In this document: positions 1 to 9,439 of the stretch, one piece after another | Layout: each line of letters starts with the position of its first letter | How positions within the stretch are numbered: position 1 is the first letter of the stretch | Assembly: GCA_043754515.1 (NCBI GenBank) | Contig: JAYUUO010000156.1 | Coordinates: forward strand, 1 to 36,389 | DNA length: 36,389 bases | Direction: 5' to 3' | Source of the DNA: Armatimonadota bacterium | GTDB taxonomy: Bacteria > Armatimonadota > Armatimonadia > Armatimonadales > Armatimonadaceae | Made by a program: the position numbers and the translations under genes | Notes under the pieces: model-generated | Told to the model about the DNA's origin: nothing | What the model saw: the letters and a program-made list of their open reading frames with translations, nothing else | Databases searched by the model: none

Positions 1-97
1 TGCCATTCACCCGTCGCCGAATTCTTTTGTATCGGCAGCAATGCTTTTTAAAAACCGCTTTAGAGTCAGCGTCGAAAACTCCTTGCCCAACTCTTTC
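1..97 (-). mobile_element. Internal fragment of an IS630-family transposase spanning a putative -1 frameshift site; runs off the window edge
   Basis: Minus strand reads KELGKEFSTLTLKRFLKS; after TTTTTAAAAA (45-54) the -1 frame gives KHCCRYKRIRRRVNG, resembling the IS630 'RFLKK..YRYKRIR' junction; visibly more AT-rich than flank. Confidence 0.65.
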
Positions 98-279
98 TCG
101 CGGTACACGCCGGAATGCACGCGAATGGTGTCACCCGGCTCGGCGAGTTGCGCGGCACGACCGATGGTGCGAAACGGTGCCGCTTCGGTGCCGGGGTTTG
201 CGTCGCTTGCGGACGGGTGTTCCCTGGCGACGTGATAAATGTGCTGATCGGCGTTCGGTGTCATAGTATCAATCCCCAT
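98..279 (-). pseudogene. N-terminal fragment of a DUF1565-like/right-handed beta-helix protein, truncated at the IS630 junction
   Basis: GGGGAG SD 7 nt before ATG 279; YHVAREHPSASDANPGTEAAPFRTIGRAAQLAEPGDTIRVHSGVYRE is the typical start of these proteins; similarity ends after YRE. Confidence 0.75.
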
Positions 280-283
280 TGTT

Positions 284-2077
284 TTACTCCCCGGACTTCG
301 TGGTGCCGGTCGCTTGCTGAGTGCCGGACGTGAAAAGAGTGAAATGCCCACCCCAGCGCGGGTCACCGGCTTTGAGTTCGCGGGTCTCGTTCTTGCGGAT
401 TTCGCGCACCACGAGCGGGTACGGCTTGCCGGTGAAACAGGTCTCCGCGAAACTGAACGATGCCCGCGCGTTCTCGATGAGTAGCATCGGCGCGTCGGTC
501 GGGGCATTTACGGTGTAGGAGAAGCAGCCAAGTAGCTCGGTTTTGCCGCCATTCCGCGTCGCGATCAGCGTCCCGCCGCCCTCGGTTTTGTAGCCCAGAA
601 TCCAGAGCGTCCCGCCATCATTCTCGACGTGCGTGCCGTCCCCCTCCACGTTAAACTGCCGCGCCCAAACGCTCTGCCTGCGAAACAGAAAAGAATGCCC
701 GACGACGTCCTCCAGATAAACGTCGCCGGTGCCGTTCGCGCCGGTGCGGAACGCGCGCGTCTCGCCCTGGAAGTTGACGGCGACACGTTGCAGAATCAGT
801 GCCCGCTTCGCGTCGTGCTCGATGAAACAGTATGGCCCTATCGAGAAGTCCGTGAGTATACCTTCGACACTGACCACCGGAGCCGCGCCGTCCGCGAACC
901 GGAACAGCGGGGCGGATTGTTTCAGCAGGTCGCCGGTCGGCATTAGGAACGCCTTCAGGCCGATGAGCCGCCGGACGTTGCCCCGGATCACTATAGTCTT
1001 ACCGATGCGGTAGTTGCCGCGCGGCAGATACACGGTCGGCTTGCCGCTGTCAATCGCTTTCTGTATCGCGTCCGACGCGTCGCCGTCCGCGCCCGGCTTG
1101 ATGCCGAACTGTAGCGGCGAGACCCAACCCTTGAGATCGTCGCGCGGCACGACCGGAGTCTCGCGCATCGGCAGGTTCAGCCCTTTGTTCGGCGTGCCGA
1201 AGAGACTCGCGGCGGGCTTGCTCAGGAATTGGGGGATGCTCGGGCCTGCTACGTTCTGGACGCCCGACGCCGACCGGCTTTCGAGCGCGACGCGGTAGCC
1301 GCTCGTGACGACGTTTCGCGCCATCAGCGCGCTATTACTGAGGACCGTGGGTTGCGTCGCCGCGCCGCCCGTGCCCGTGAAAACGGAGTCGAGCAACACC
1401 TGGTACCCCGCCGTAATGCGGAAAGCCAGAACCGCGTTCCGGCTTCGCAGGTCGCGCACGGTACACGGCTGGCCGTCGTTGCGCATCCCGAACTTGTTCT
1501 GGTGGGAGACGGCGATGTGCTCCAGCGTGTTGCTCGCCACGCCGCTCGCCGAAGATACGCCGACGTCGAAGCCGGTCACACGGATGTTTTTCAGGAGGCA
1601 TGGCCCTTGCTCGTCCGTGTAGCCTAGATCCAAGCCTTTAACCCCCTGTCCGTCGCCGCTGATGATCGCGACGTCGTACATGCCGCCCTGGTTGTTAGCG
1701 ATGAATTGTACGCCACACGCGCCGGGGCTGCCGACGCCGCTATCCACGGTCAGGTTATGGATCTCGTTAAAAAAGCGTTGCGCGGGCGCGTGCCCGGTGT
1801 ACACGCAACCCTTCGGCTTTTTGGGGTTGTCGAATCCGGGGCAACGGTCGCGCAGTTGTAGCACGGTGCCCACGCGGGACTGCCCCTGTAGCACCGTGTT
1901 CTTTTGTTGGCCCGCGTCGCCGCCCCAGCGGATGGTGTCGGAGATGCGGTACACGCCGTTCGGCAGATAGAGGATCGCGCCCTTATCAATGTTGTCGTCG
2001 AACGCCTTCTGGATCGCGGCGGTGTCGTCGGTCGCGCCGTCGCCCTTCGCGTTGTAGGGCGGTTTGCTCACGCTCAT
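284..2077 (-). CDS. Pectate lyase superfamily / GH55-like beta-helix glycoside hydrolase
   Basis: 597 aa; two AKGDGATDDTAAIQKA / DGDASDAIQKAID...VYLPxGxYRI modules; no obvious signal peptide at this start. Confidence 0.85.
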   Translation of the reverse strand: MSVSKPPYNAKGDGATDDTAAIQKAFDDNIDKGAILYLPNGVYRISDTIRWGGDAGQQKNTVLQGQSRVGTVLQLRDRCPGFDNPKKPKGCVYTGHAPAQRFFNEIHNLTVDSGVGSPGACGVQFIANNQGGMYDVAIISGDGQGVKGLDLGYTDEQGPCLLKNIRVTGFDVGVSSASGVASNTLEHIAVSHQNKFGMRNDGQPCTVRDLRSRNAVLAFRITAGYQVLLDSVFTGTGGAATQPTVLSNSALMARNVVTSGYRVALESRSASGVQNVAGPSIPQFLSKPAASLFGTPNKGLNLPMRETPVVPRDDLKGWVSPLQFGIKPGADGDASDAIQKAIDSGKPTVYLPRGNYRIGKTIVIRGNVRRLIGLKAFLMPTGDLLKQSAPLFRFADGAAPVVSVEGILTDFSIGPYCFIEHDAKRALILQRVAVNFQGETRAFRTGANGTGDVYLEDVVGHSFLFRRQSVWARQFNVEGDGTHVENDGGTLWILGYKTEGGGTLIATRNGGKTELLGCFSYTVNAPTDAPMLLIENARASFSFAETCFTGKPYPLVVREIRKNETRELKAGDPRWGGHFTLFTSGTQQATGTTKSGE

Positions 2078-2186
2078 TTTCGATTGATGCTATGAACGCT
2101 CCCCCCCGAACTCAGTCTCTCAGACGGAACGTGGCGATCTTGTATAGCCTACTCTTCAACAGGCGTCCCCGACTATCCTGTCCACA

Positions 2187-2202
2187 GTAAAATCGTTTAC
2201 AT
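2187..2202. promoter_or_regulatory. Possible LacI-family operator in the divergent intergenic region
   Basis: GTAAAATCGTTTACAT contains the AAnCGnTTnC core; lies between divergent sugar-related genes. Confidence 0.3.
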
Positions 2203-2270
2203 CGTCTCGTTTTGCACCCCCGCCCCGTTTGTTGTAAGATCATATATCGGAAAGAAACGGGCCATTATCA

Positions 2271-3044
2271 ATGCGAACGGAAGACAGAGTTGTTATCGTC
2301 ACCGGCGGCTCCCAGGGGATCGGCCTCGGGATCGCGACGTGCTTCGCCCGCGAGGGCGCGAGTTTAGTGATCGCGGACGCGAACGCCGAATCCGCCGCGA
2401 GTGCCGCGCTGACGCTGGAGTCGCTGGGCGCGCGGCGCGCCGTCGGCATAGGTTGCGATGTCGCGCGGCGCGAGCAGGTGGAGGCGATGATCGCCTCCAC
2501 GGTGGGAATGTTCGGGCGCATTGACGTGCTGGTGAACAACGCGGGTATATGCCCTTTCACGGACGTAATGCAGATGTCGCCGGAAGTCTGGCAACGCACG
2601 CTAGACGTGAACCTGACGGGGTCGTTCCATTGCACCCAACTGGTCGCGAAGCAGATGATCACACAGAGCGAGCGGGGTGACACCGGCGGCCGCGTGATAT
2701 TCATCACCTCGCTCGCGGAAAACCTTTCGCAACCTAACCAGGTGGATTACGGCGCGAGTAAGGCGGGGATGCGCATGACGATGGTCGGTTTCGCAACCGC
2801 GCTCGGCAAGCACGGCATTACCTGCAACGCGGTCGCGCCGGGCATGATCCTTACGCCTTTGACAGCGGGCTACTGGGAACAGCCGGGGCCTGCCGCGCAT
2901 ATCAAAGGAAGGGTTCCCATAGGGCGCATAGGCACCCCGGAAGACATCGGACACGCGGTTGTGTTTCTCGCCTCGCCCGGTGCCGCCTATATCAACGGCA
3001 TCACGCTCCGGGTGGACGGCGGATTTCAGGCGGTGTGCGTATGA
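2271..3044 (+). CDS. SDR-family oxidoreductase (sugar 1-dehydrogenase-like)
   Basis: TGGSQGIG, NNAG, YGASK motifs; NAGICPF resembles L-rhamnose 1-dehydrogenase-type SDRs. Confidence 0.9.
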   Translation: MRTEDRVVIVTGGSQGIGLGIATCFAREGASLVIADANAESAASAALTLESLGARRAVGIGCDVARREQVEAMIASTVGMFGRIDVLVNNAGICPFTDVMQMSPEVWQRTLDVNLTGSFHCTQLVAKQMITQSERGDTGGRVIFITSLAENLSQPNQVDYGASKAGMRMTMVGFATALGKHGITCNAVAPGMILTPLTAGYWEQPGPAAHIKGRVPIGRIGTPEDIGHAVVFLASPGAAYINGITLRVDGGFQAVCV

Positions 3045-3820
3045 CGACCCCGCTCACCCTCGACCTTTCGGGACGGCTCGCGCTGGTGACCGGGGCGTCC
3101 GGCGAACTCGGGCGCGTGATCGCGACCACGCTCGCGCGGTGTGGCGCGGATGTGGTCGTCCACTACCGCTCCAACGCGTCCGTCGCGGAAGCGGTCGCGG
3201 AAGCCATCCACGCGATGGGACGGAATGCCGCCGCGATACCCGCCGACATCACCGACGCGGCATCGGTCGCTGGGCTTCGCGACGCCATCGGCGACGCCTT
3301 CACGGGGCGGACGCCGGATATTATTGTCGCGAACGCGGTCAGCCAGTACTCCTGGACCACGGTGCTGGAACAGCCCGCGTCCGACTATGAGGATCAGTTC
3401 CGCTCCTGCGTTCTGCAGAACGTTCTGCTCGCCCAGACCTTCCTCCCCGCGCTCAAAGAGCGGGGGAAGGGCCGCTACATAGCGATCAACACTGAGTGCG
3501 CGATGCAATGCGCCCCGAGCCAGTCCGCCTATGTGGCGGGGAAGCGCGGCATGGACGGGGTGCTACGGGTGCTGGCGCGCGAGGTAGGTCCGTTCGGCAT
3601 CACGGTGAATCAGGTCGCGCCGGGCTGGATGATCTCGGAGAAGTACCGCGAGTCCGGCACCGAGCGGCAGGAGGGGTACGAGAAGAACGTCCCACTCCGA
3701 CGGCGCGGCGAGGATCAGGACGTCGCGAACGCGGTGGCGTTTCTAGCGTCGGACCTCGCCGGGTTCATCACGGGGGTGTACCTGCCGGTCTGCGGCGGCA
3801 ACGTCATGCCGACGATATGA
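3041..3820 (+). CDS. SDR-family oxidoreductase (FabG-like)
   Basis: TGASGELG and YVAGK motifs; ATGA overlap with the upstream SDR stop. Confidence 0.9.
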   Translation: MTTPLTLDLSGRLALVTGASGELGRVIATTLARCGADVVVHYRSNASVAEAVAEAIHAMGRNAAAIPADITDAASVAGLRDAIGDAFTGRTPDIIVANAVSQYSWTTVLEQPASDYEDQFRSCVLQNVLLAQTFLPALKERGKGRYIAINTECAMQCAPSQSAYVAGKRGMDGVLRVLAREVGPFGITVNQVAPGWMISEKYRESGTERQEGYEKNVPLRRRGEDQDVANAVAFLASDLAGFITGVYLPVCGGNVMPTI

Positions 3821-3836
3821 TGGGGCGTGCGATTAT

Positions 3837-4445
3837 TCACGCGGTTCCGGTGCGGTTGTCGGTCCGGTCGTCGTTCACCCGGCTCACCTCGCCGACCAGC
3901 ACGCGCCCGCCCCGCCCACGGAACGTATGCCACAGCCGTTGCGGGAGACAGACAGATTCGCCCTCCGTGAGTGTTAGTTCGCCCCCGGCGGCAAACGTGG
4001 TCTGAACGCCGTCTTTGGCGACCGTGACCGGTGTTCGCGCGAGACCTTCCCCGTCGTCCGTGCTATTCCACAGGTTCAGCACCAGCTTACCGCCGCCGCG
4101 ATTGATGATGTCCTCCCTTTTCTTGTGGTGGTAGTGGGTCGGCGTCACCTGCCCCTCGCCGACGACCAGGACTTTTTCACCGTACGTTTTGCCGCCGGGG
4201 AGCGCGAGATCCGCCGGGGTGCCGTTGCGCAGGGTGAACAGGAGCAGACCGATCCGCGCATAGTCGCCGCTCCCGAAGTCGGTGACATCCCAGCCGAGCT
4301 GCTGGTGGGGAATGTCGGCGCGCTCCACGCCCGCCTCCCGCCACCCGCCCGGCGTCCAGCGCGCGAACGGCGGCAGGGCAAAGCGTCGTTCGGCGAGGAA
4401 CTCCAACGAGCCCCGCATGATGGCGTTGGTTTCGGAGCGTTTCAT
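3837..4445 (-). CDS. D-lyxose/D-mannose family sugar isomerase (cupin), possibly C-terminally truncated
   Basis: MKRSE, LPPFA.W, LGWDVTDFGSG, LFTLRNG, TPTHYH..K.EDIINRGGG, EVS.VNDD.TDN motifs. Confidence 0.88.
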   Translation of the reverse strand: MKRSETNAIMRGSLEFLAERRFALPPFARWTPGGWREAGVERADIPHQQLGWDVTDFGSGDYARIGLLLFTLRNGTPADLALPGGKTYGEKVLVVGEGQVTPTHYHHKKREDIINRGGGKLVLNLWNSTDDGEGLARTPVTVAKDGVQTTFAAGGELTLTEGESVCLPQRLWHTFRGRGGRVLVGEVSRVNDDRTDNRTGTA

Positions 4446-4687
4446 AGTTCTTACTACACTACCGACGGCTGACCGCGTTCCCCGCCGTCGCGTGCGGCAC
4501 GTTTCTCTCGCCGCCCCCCGTTCGGGATCACGTTCTACGCCCGCGCATTTTTCGCGGGGGGAAATAAATTGAACCGGCCTTGACCGCGCGGCGTCGGATA
4601 CAATACAAAACCTTTAACCGCGGTGGAAGGCGCGACCATGCTCCACCCCCGCGATCGTTCGTACACGAAGGAAGCGACAAAGATTCC

Positions 4688-7024
4688 ATGCCCACTATTC
4701 AGAACAAATGGCAGAGCGTGCTCTCGTCGCCGACGGCCTACGGTGTCGGCGTCTTGTTGCTCGCCGCGTCCTGCCTCGGCGCGGGTGCGCGTGGGCATGG
4801 GACTGGCGGTGAGCAGGTCGCCGCGACCGTCGCCCCGACTCTGCCGACGAGCAGGACTGTGAGTCCCCCGGCCCCGCCTTTCGCGCCCCAGTTCGTCCGC
4901 GATGTCGCGCCGATCCTGGACAAGAAAGGTTGCTCCGTCGCCGCGTGTCATGGCAAGTTCGGCGGGCGCGGCGGGTTCGGGCTGTCGCTCCTGACCCTCG
5001 CGCCGTGGGACGATTACGACCCCATTGTTCGTGGCGCGAAAGGGCGGCGTATTAACTTCGCCGAGCCGGAAAAGAGTCTGTTGCTCCTTAAGGCGACCGG
5101 CACGATGGGGCACGGGGGCGGGACGCGGTTCGCGGTCGGCTCCCGTGAGTACCGGACGATCCGTAGCTGGATCGCCGCCGGGGCACCGTTCGACGCAGAC
5201 AAGGACGCGCGGCTGGTCAAACTCGCCGTCTCGCCCGCGAGCGCGGTGCTACCCCGCGTCGGCGCGACGCTCTCTATTCATGTCGTGGCGTCGTTCTCCG
5301 ACGGCACGACCCGCGATGTTTCCCGGTTCGCGCAGTACGAATCGAAAGACACAGCGGTCGCGGGGGTGGACGCGGGCGGCGTGGTGACGGGGAAGCGGTG
5401 GGGCGGGAGCGCGATCATAGTCCGCTACCTCGGCACCGTGCAAGCCGCGTTTTTGACGTTGCCTCGTGCCGACGCCGCGCCGTATGCGCCGGTCGCCTCC
5501 AACAACTTCGTGGACGATTTCGTGCTGGCGAACCTCAAAAAGATGAACGTCGTGCCGTCGCGCCTCGCGACCGACCGCGAGTTCATTCGGCGAGTGATGC
5601 TGGACGTCTGCGGGCGGCTCCCCGACGACGCGGAGATCACCGCGTTCGTCGCTGACAAGGCCCCCGACAAACGGGCGAAACTGATAGACAAAATGCTGGA
5701 AACGCCGGAATACGTCTCGATGCGGACGCTACGACTCGGCGATCTGCTCCGTATTCACCCGCGCAATATCCAGGGCAACATTTACGGCGAGCGGGGCGCG
5801 GCGGTATTCGAGGACTGGGTGCGCGACGCGGTCGCGGACAATATGCCCTATGACAAGTTCGTCCGCGAGATTTTACTCGCGCGCGGCTCGAACCTCCAAA
5901 ACGGGCCGACCAACTTCTACCGGATCGAGCAAAACCCGGAGAACCGGATGGAGACGGTCGGCCAAGCGTTTTTAGGGCTTCGCATGGCGTGCGCCCGTTG
6001 CCATAAGAACCCGTTCGACCGCTGGAACACCGACGATTACTGGAACTTCGCCGCGTTTATGGGCAAGGTCGGCACGCGCTCCGGCGTCATAAACCAGGAG
6101 TTCGATGTCCACTACGCCCCCGGCGGCGAGGTGCGCAACGCCTCCGTGACCGGGCGCAACAAGGGTAAAGTCGCCCCGCCGACGTTCCTGGGCGCGACCG
6201 GGCCACTGGTGCTACCGAAGGATAAAGACGGCAACGACCCCGATTACGTCGCGAAGTTCGCGGACTGGTGCGTCTCCCCGGAAAATCCGTACTTCGCGAA
6301 GGCGACCGTGAACCGCCTGTGGAGTCACTACCTGGGCAAGGGCGTAGTGTTCCCGGTGGACGACATGCGGGCGACCACGCCGCCGTCGGTGCCGGGCCTG
6401 CTCGAAGCCCTGTCGAAAGATCTCGTCGCGCACCGCTACGATGTTAAGCACACGATTCGCGTGATCCTGAACTCGCGCACGTACCAGACAGCGGCGGAAG
6501 TGAACGCGACAAACAAACTCGATGATCGCTTCTACAGCCACTTCTACCCGCGACCGCTACCGGGTCCGGTGTTGCTCGACGCGCTGAATCAGGCGACCGG
6601 CACGAAGGAGCAGTTCGGCGACTTCCCGGTGGAAACGAAATCGGTGGACCTGACGCTCCCAGTCAACTCCTATTTCCTGGACACGTTCGGTCGTTCCCAC
6701 CGCGAGTTTCTCGCCGAACTGGAGCCGAAGAACGAGCCAACCCTGGTGCAGGTGCTACACATTTTGAACTCGCCGTACGTGAACGATAAGGTGAAGAGTG
6801 GCGGCGGCACGGTGGATAGGCTGGCGAAAGATAAGACGGTCACGGACGACGGACTGGTCAACGCATTGTTCGTTCGGACGTTCGGTCGCCTTCCAGGGAA
6901 TAGGGAAAAGGCGGCGGCACTCGCGACGCTGAAGAGCGCGAAGACGCCGCGGGAGCGAGAAGAGGCGGCGCAGGATCTGATGTGGGCACTCATCTCGGCG
7001 CGCGAGTTCTACTTCGTCAGCTGA
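4688..7024 (+). CDS. Secreted DUF1549/DUF1553 protein with Ig-like domain
   Basis: Hydrophobic N-terminus; CSVAACHG, G.RINFAEPEKSLLLLKAT, EFIRRV.LD.CGRLP, CARCH, NPYFA.ATVNRLW, DLMWAL...EF motifs. Confidence 0.9.
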   Translation: MPTIQNKWQSVLSSPTAYGVGVLLLAASCLGAGARGHGTGGEQVAATVAPTLPTSRTVSPPAPPFAPQFVRDVAPILDKKGCSVAACHGKFGGRGGFGLSLLTLAPWDDYDPIVRGAKGRRINFAEPEKSLLLLKATGTMGHGGGTRFAVGSREYRTIRSWIAAGAPFDADKDARLVKLAVSPASAVLPRVGATLSIHVVASFSDGTTRDVSRFAQYESKDTAVAGVDAGGVVTGKRWGGSAIIVRYLGTVQAAFLTLPRADAAPYAPVASNNFVDDFVLANLKKMNVVPSRLATDREFIRRVMLDVCGRLPDDAEITAFVADKAPDKRAKLIDKMLETPEYVSMRTLRLGDLLRIHPRNIQGNIYGERGAAVFEDWVRDAVADNMPYDKFVREILLARGSNLQNGPTNFYRIEQNPENRMETVGQAFLGLRMACARCHKNPFDRWNTDDYWNFAAFMGKVGTRSGVINQEFDVHYAPGGEVRNASVTGRNKGKVAPPTFLGATGPLVLPKDKDGNDPDYVAKFADWCVSPENPYFAKATVNRLWSHYLGKGVVFPVDDMRATTPPSVPGLLEALSKDLVAHRYDVKHTIRVILNSRTYQTAAEVNATNKLDDRFYSHFYPRPLPGPVLLDALNQATGTKEQFGDFPVETKSVDLTLPVNSYFLDTFGRSHREFLAELEPKNEPTLVQVLHILNSPYVNDKVKSGGGTVDRLAKDKTVTDDGLVNALFVRTFGRLPGNREKAAALATLKSAKTPREREEAAQDLMWALISAREFYFVS

Positions 7025-7090
7025 CGCGGGGGCGCGGGGCGAGTAGTTGACGTTACGCGCCATCAGGCGGGAGTTCCGAATGTGAAGGGC

Positions 7091-8122
7091 TTACCCGGCG
7101 GGGGGGCGGTGCCAGACCAGTTGCGTTCGCCCTTCCCACACCGTGAGGTTGAGCGCGCCCGCCAGCCGGATCAGGCATTTGTGGCAGTCCGCCTTGTCTG
7201 TCTCGACACTGGTTCGGGCGAAGACGACCCGCGTCGCGCCTGCTTCCCCGTCGCCGCCGTCTACAAACAGGTCGAAGCCGTCGCCGGTTACTACCACGAA
7301 ACTGCCCTCCGAGCGCACCCGAAATTCGCCATTGAACGCCTCGGAAGCATTCAATCGGGCGACTATCTCGCGGGCGGGTGGCACGCGCCCCGTCCATTCG
7401 TCGTCCTCGATCTCCCGTCCGAGCGACACCACATCCGGCAAAAGGTAGGCGGCGATGTCGCCGTCGGTGGCATCGGGCGGTGGCATTAGGAGGGTGTATT
7501 GCGCGAGATCACGGGACGGGTCGCCATGAAGGTGAATGAGCATGTCCCGCGAAACGCCGTCGGGCAACACGCCGCGCTGAATGTCGTCGTAGCCGATCCC
7601 CGCCGTCGCCGACAGCCCGAGCGCGCTAGCGATCTCCTCATGCCGCTCCCCGGCTTGCGTGTAGCCAAACTCGTCGTCGTAGCGCCCGGCACGCAGAAGC
7701 GCGGAAAGGTACTCGGTGCTACCCGCTTCCGTGATGCCGAAGGCAACAAGGTATAAGGCGGCGTCTCCGCCGCGCGGCGGCAGGTCGTCGCCGAATGGGG
7801 TGCCCGGTTCCGCGTCGTACTCGTCGGTCGTAGTGCCCCGCTCCGCGAGCTGGAGCCGGAGCGATTCGAGCGGGCGTACATCCGCGAGCAGAGCGGTAGA
7901 ATCGGTAGCGAAGGAAAGCTGGAACGCCCACAGGCGGCCCGCATCCGGCACGAACGGGACGGGTTGGGGATACACGACAACGGTGTCGCCGACCTGAGCA
8001 GTGACGGTCGCGGTCGGGAGACTGGCGAGGGCACCGCGCAACGCGCCGAGAACGCCATCCGATTCCCCCACGCCGGACAACATCCCCCCGTGTAGCGCGA
8101 TATTAGAATAAGCGTCGTTCAT
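7091..8122 (-). CDS. Hypothetical protein (acidic)
   Basis: 343-aa ORF from ATG 8122 with protein-like composition; no family recognised. Confidence 0.65.
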   Translation of the reverse strand: MNDAYSNIALHGGMLSGVGESDGVLGALRGALASLPTATVTAQVGDTVVVYPQPVPFVPDAGRLWAFQLSFATDSTALLADVRPLESLRLQLAERGTTTDEYDAEPGTPFGDDLPPRGGDAALYLVAFGITEAGSTEYLSALLRAGRYDDEFGYTQAGERHEEIASALGLSATAGIGYDDIQRGVLPDGVSRDMLIHLHGDPSRDLAQYTLLMPPPDATDGDIAAYLLPDVVSLGREIEDDEWTGRVPPAREIVARLNASEAFNGEFRVRSEGSFVVVTGDGFDLFVDGGDGEAGATRVVFARTSVETDKADCHKCLIRLAGALNLTVWEGRTQLVWHRPPAG

Positions 8123-8162
8123 GGCGGGGAAGGGTTGCGCGGCGAAGGAAGGATCAGTAAAC

Positions 8163-8207
8163 AAAAAGCGAACCGCCCGTGACGCGCAAATAAAGCGTCA
8201 CGGGCGG
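8163..8207 (-). terminator. Rho-independent terminator of the PEP-CTERM-type gene
   Basis: Perfect 13-bp stem CCGCCCGTGACGC (8173-8185)/GCGTCACGGGCGG (8195-8207) followed on the minus strand by TTCGCTTTTT. Confidence 0.85.
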
Positions 8208-8226
8208 CGGATCAAACGACGCGATG

Positions 8227-8997
8227 CTACTTACGCTTCGCGCGTCGGCGCAAGCGGTTCACGCCGGTACCGAGCAAGCCAACTATGCTCCCGATGCCGA
8301 GCGAGACGGCGGCGGGGGGCGCGGGAACCGGTTGATACGTGTATGTCAGGGTTCCGCTCGCGTTTGCGTATGTCAATTGGTCAATCTGGGCGTTACCACC
8401 CGAGTAACTAGCCGTCGTATTCGCATTAGCGGCGACGTTAACCCCGATGTTCCCCGCGCCAGTAAACGCCGCGAAGTCCGGGGAACTGTAGCCAACAACC
8501 TGATTCGACGTGTTATCCAGCGCGAAAGACTGGCTCGTGTCGTTGTAAGGGGCACCATTCACATAGGGTGGGCTGAAACCGGCATCGGATTGCGCGAAAG
8601 CGTTTGGCGCGAGCACAACCGGGCCGAACTGCTTCGCCTGGAAGTTCGCGAACTGGGTCGGCAACCCGGTCGGCGTGACAAGCAGTTGAACGACGGTGTT
8701 GATTCGCGCCCCCGTGCCATCCGATCCAGTAAGCCCCGACATCGTCGTGGAGCCTGTGTTTTTGAGCTGAATGATGGTTCGTACCTTGGAATCCACCGAG
8801 AGAGTCACGGACTGCAAGGTGCCGAGTGACGAGTCGAACTTTAAGAAGGACAAAGAACTTGTCCAGTTTGTGTTTTGGAACGTGATCGTCGCGTTCTGAA
8901 CAATGGTCGCGGCGCGAACCGCTGATGTGCCAGCGATCAACAAACTCCCCATCAGGGCAACCGGCAGAACACTCGTAAAAAGTCGCTTGATTTGCAT
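8227..8997 (-). CDS. Choice-of-anchor E domain surface protein with PEP-CTERM-like sorting tail
   Basis: Signal peptide (AVRA); FDSSLGTLQSVTLS and LTYTY motifs; tail VPAPP + TM helix + RLRRRAKRK. Confidence 0.8.
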   Translation of the reverse strand: MQIKRLFTSVLPVALMGSLLIAGTSAVRAATIVQNATITFQNTNWTSSLSFLKFDSSLGTLQSVTLSVDSKVRTIIQLKNTGSTTMSGLTGSDGTGARINTVVQLLVTPTGLPTQFANFQAKQFGPVVLAPNAFAQSDAGFSPPYVNGAPYNDTSQSFALDNTSNQVVGYSSPDFAAFTGAGNIGVNVAANANTTASYSGGNAQIDQLTYANASGTLTYTYQPVPAPPAAVSLGIGSIVGLLGTGVNRLRRRAKRK

Positions 8998-9085
8998 GTC
9001 GTTATCTTCCATCCCGTCGCTTATCCCGGAACAAGACCCCAGGCCAGCCGCATGAACTACGTCTCGGCAGTAGTGCTTGCCGCCA

Positions 9086-9094
9086 TTCTACCAA
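9086..9094 (-). promoter_or_regulatory. Extended -10 promoter for the surface protein gene
   Basis: Minus strand TG-G-TAGAAT about 90 nt upstream of the start. Confidence 0.45.
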
Positions 9095-9142
9095 TCTTCA
9101 CCCGGAATGAAACACTTTTCCGCAAACTTTTCCCCAGTATTT

Positions 9143-9412
9143 TCACGCGGCTATTTCGGTACGGACGCGGCGGATCGGGATGTTTGCCGTCAGCGCGACC
9201 GCTTCGCCCTCGCGCTCCACGGAGAGGTCTAACTCGCGCTCGTCAATCTCGATGTAGCGGCGCAACACGGCGAAAATCTCCGCGCGCATCTTCTCCATCA
9301 GCGGCGCGGGAATGCTGGCGCGGTCTTGCAACAGCACCATGCGCAACCGGTCTTTCGCCACGGTTTTAGCGGGCTTTTCCGGCTTGCCGAACAAACGTTC
9401 AAAGAAACTCAT
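9143..9412 (-). CDS. minE: Cell division topological specificity factor MinE
   Basis: MSFFERLFG...AKDRLRMVLLQDR...EIFAVLRRYIEID...ALTANIPI. Confidence 0.95.
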   Translation of the reverse strand: MSFFERLFGKPEKPAKTVAKDRLRMVLLQDRASIPAPLMEKMRAEIFAVLRRYIEIDERELDLSVEREGEAVALTANIPIRRVRTEIAA

Positions 9413-9439
9413 CGGTCTTTCTCGTTCCTTCCTGAAAAC

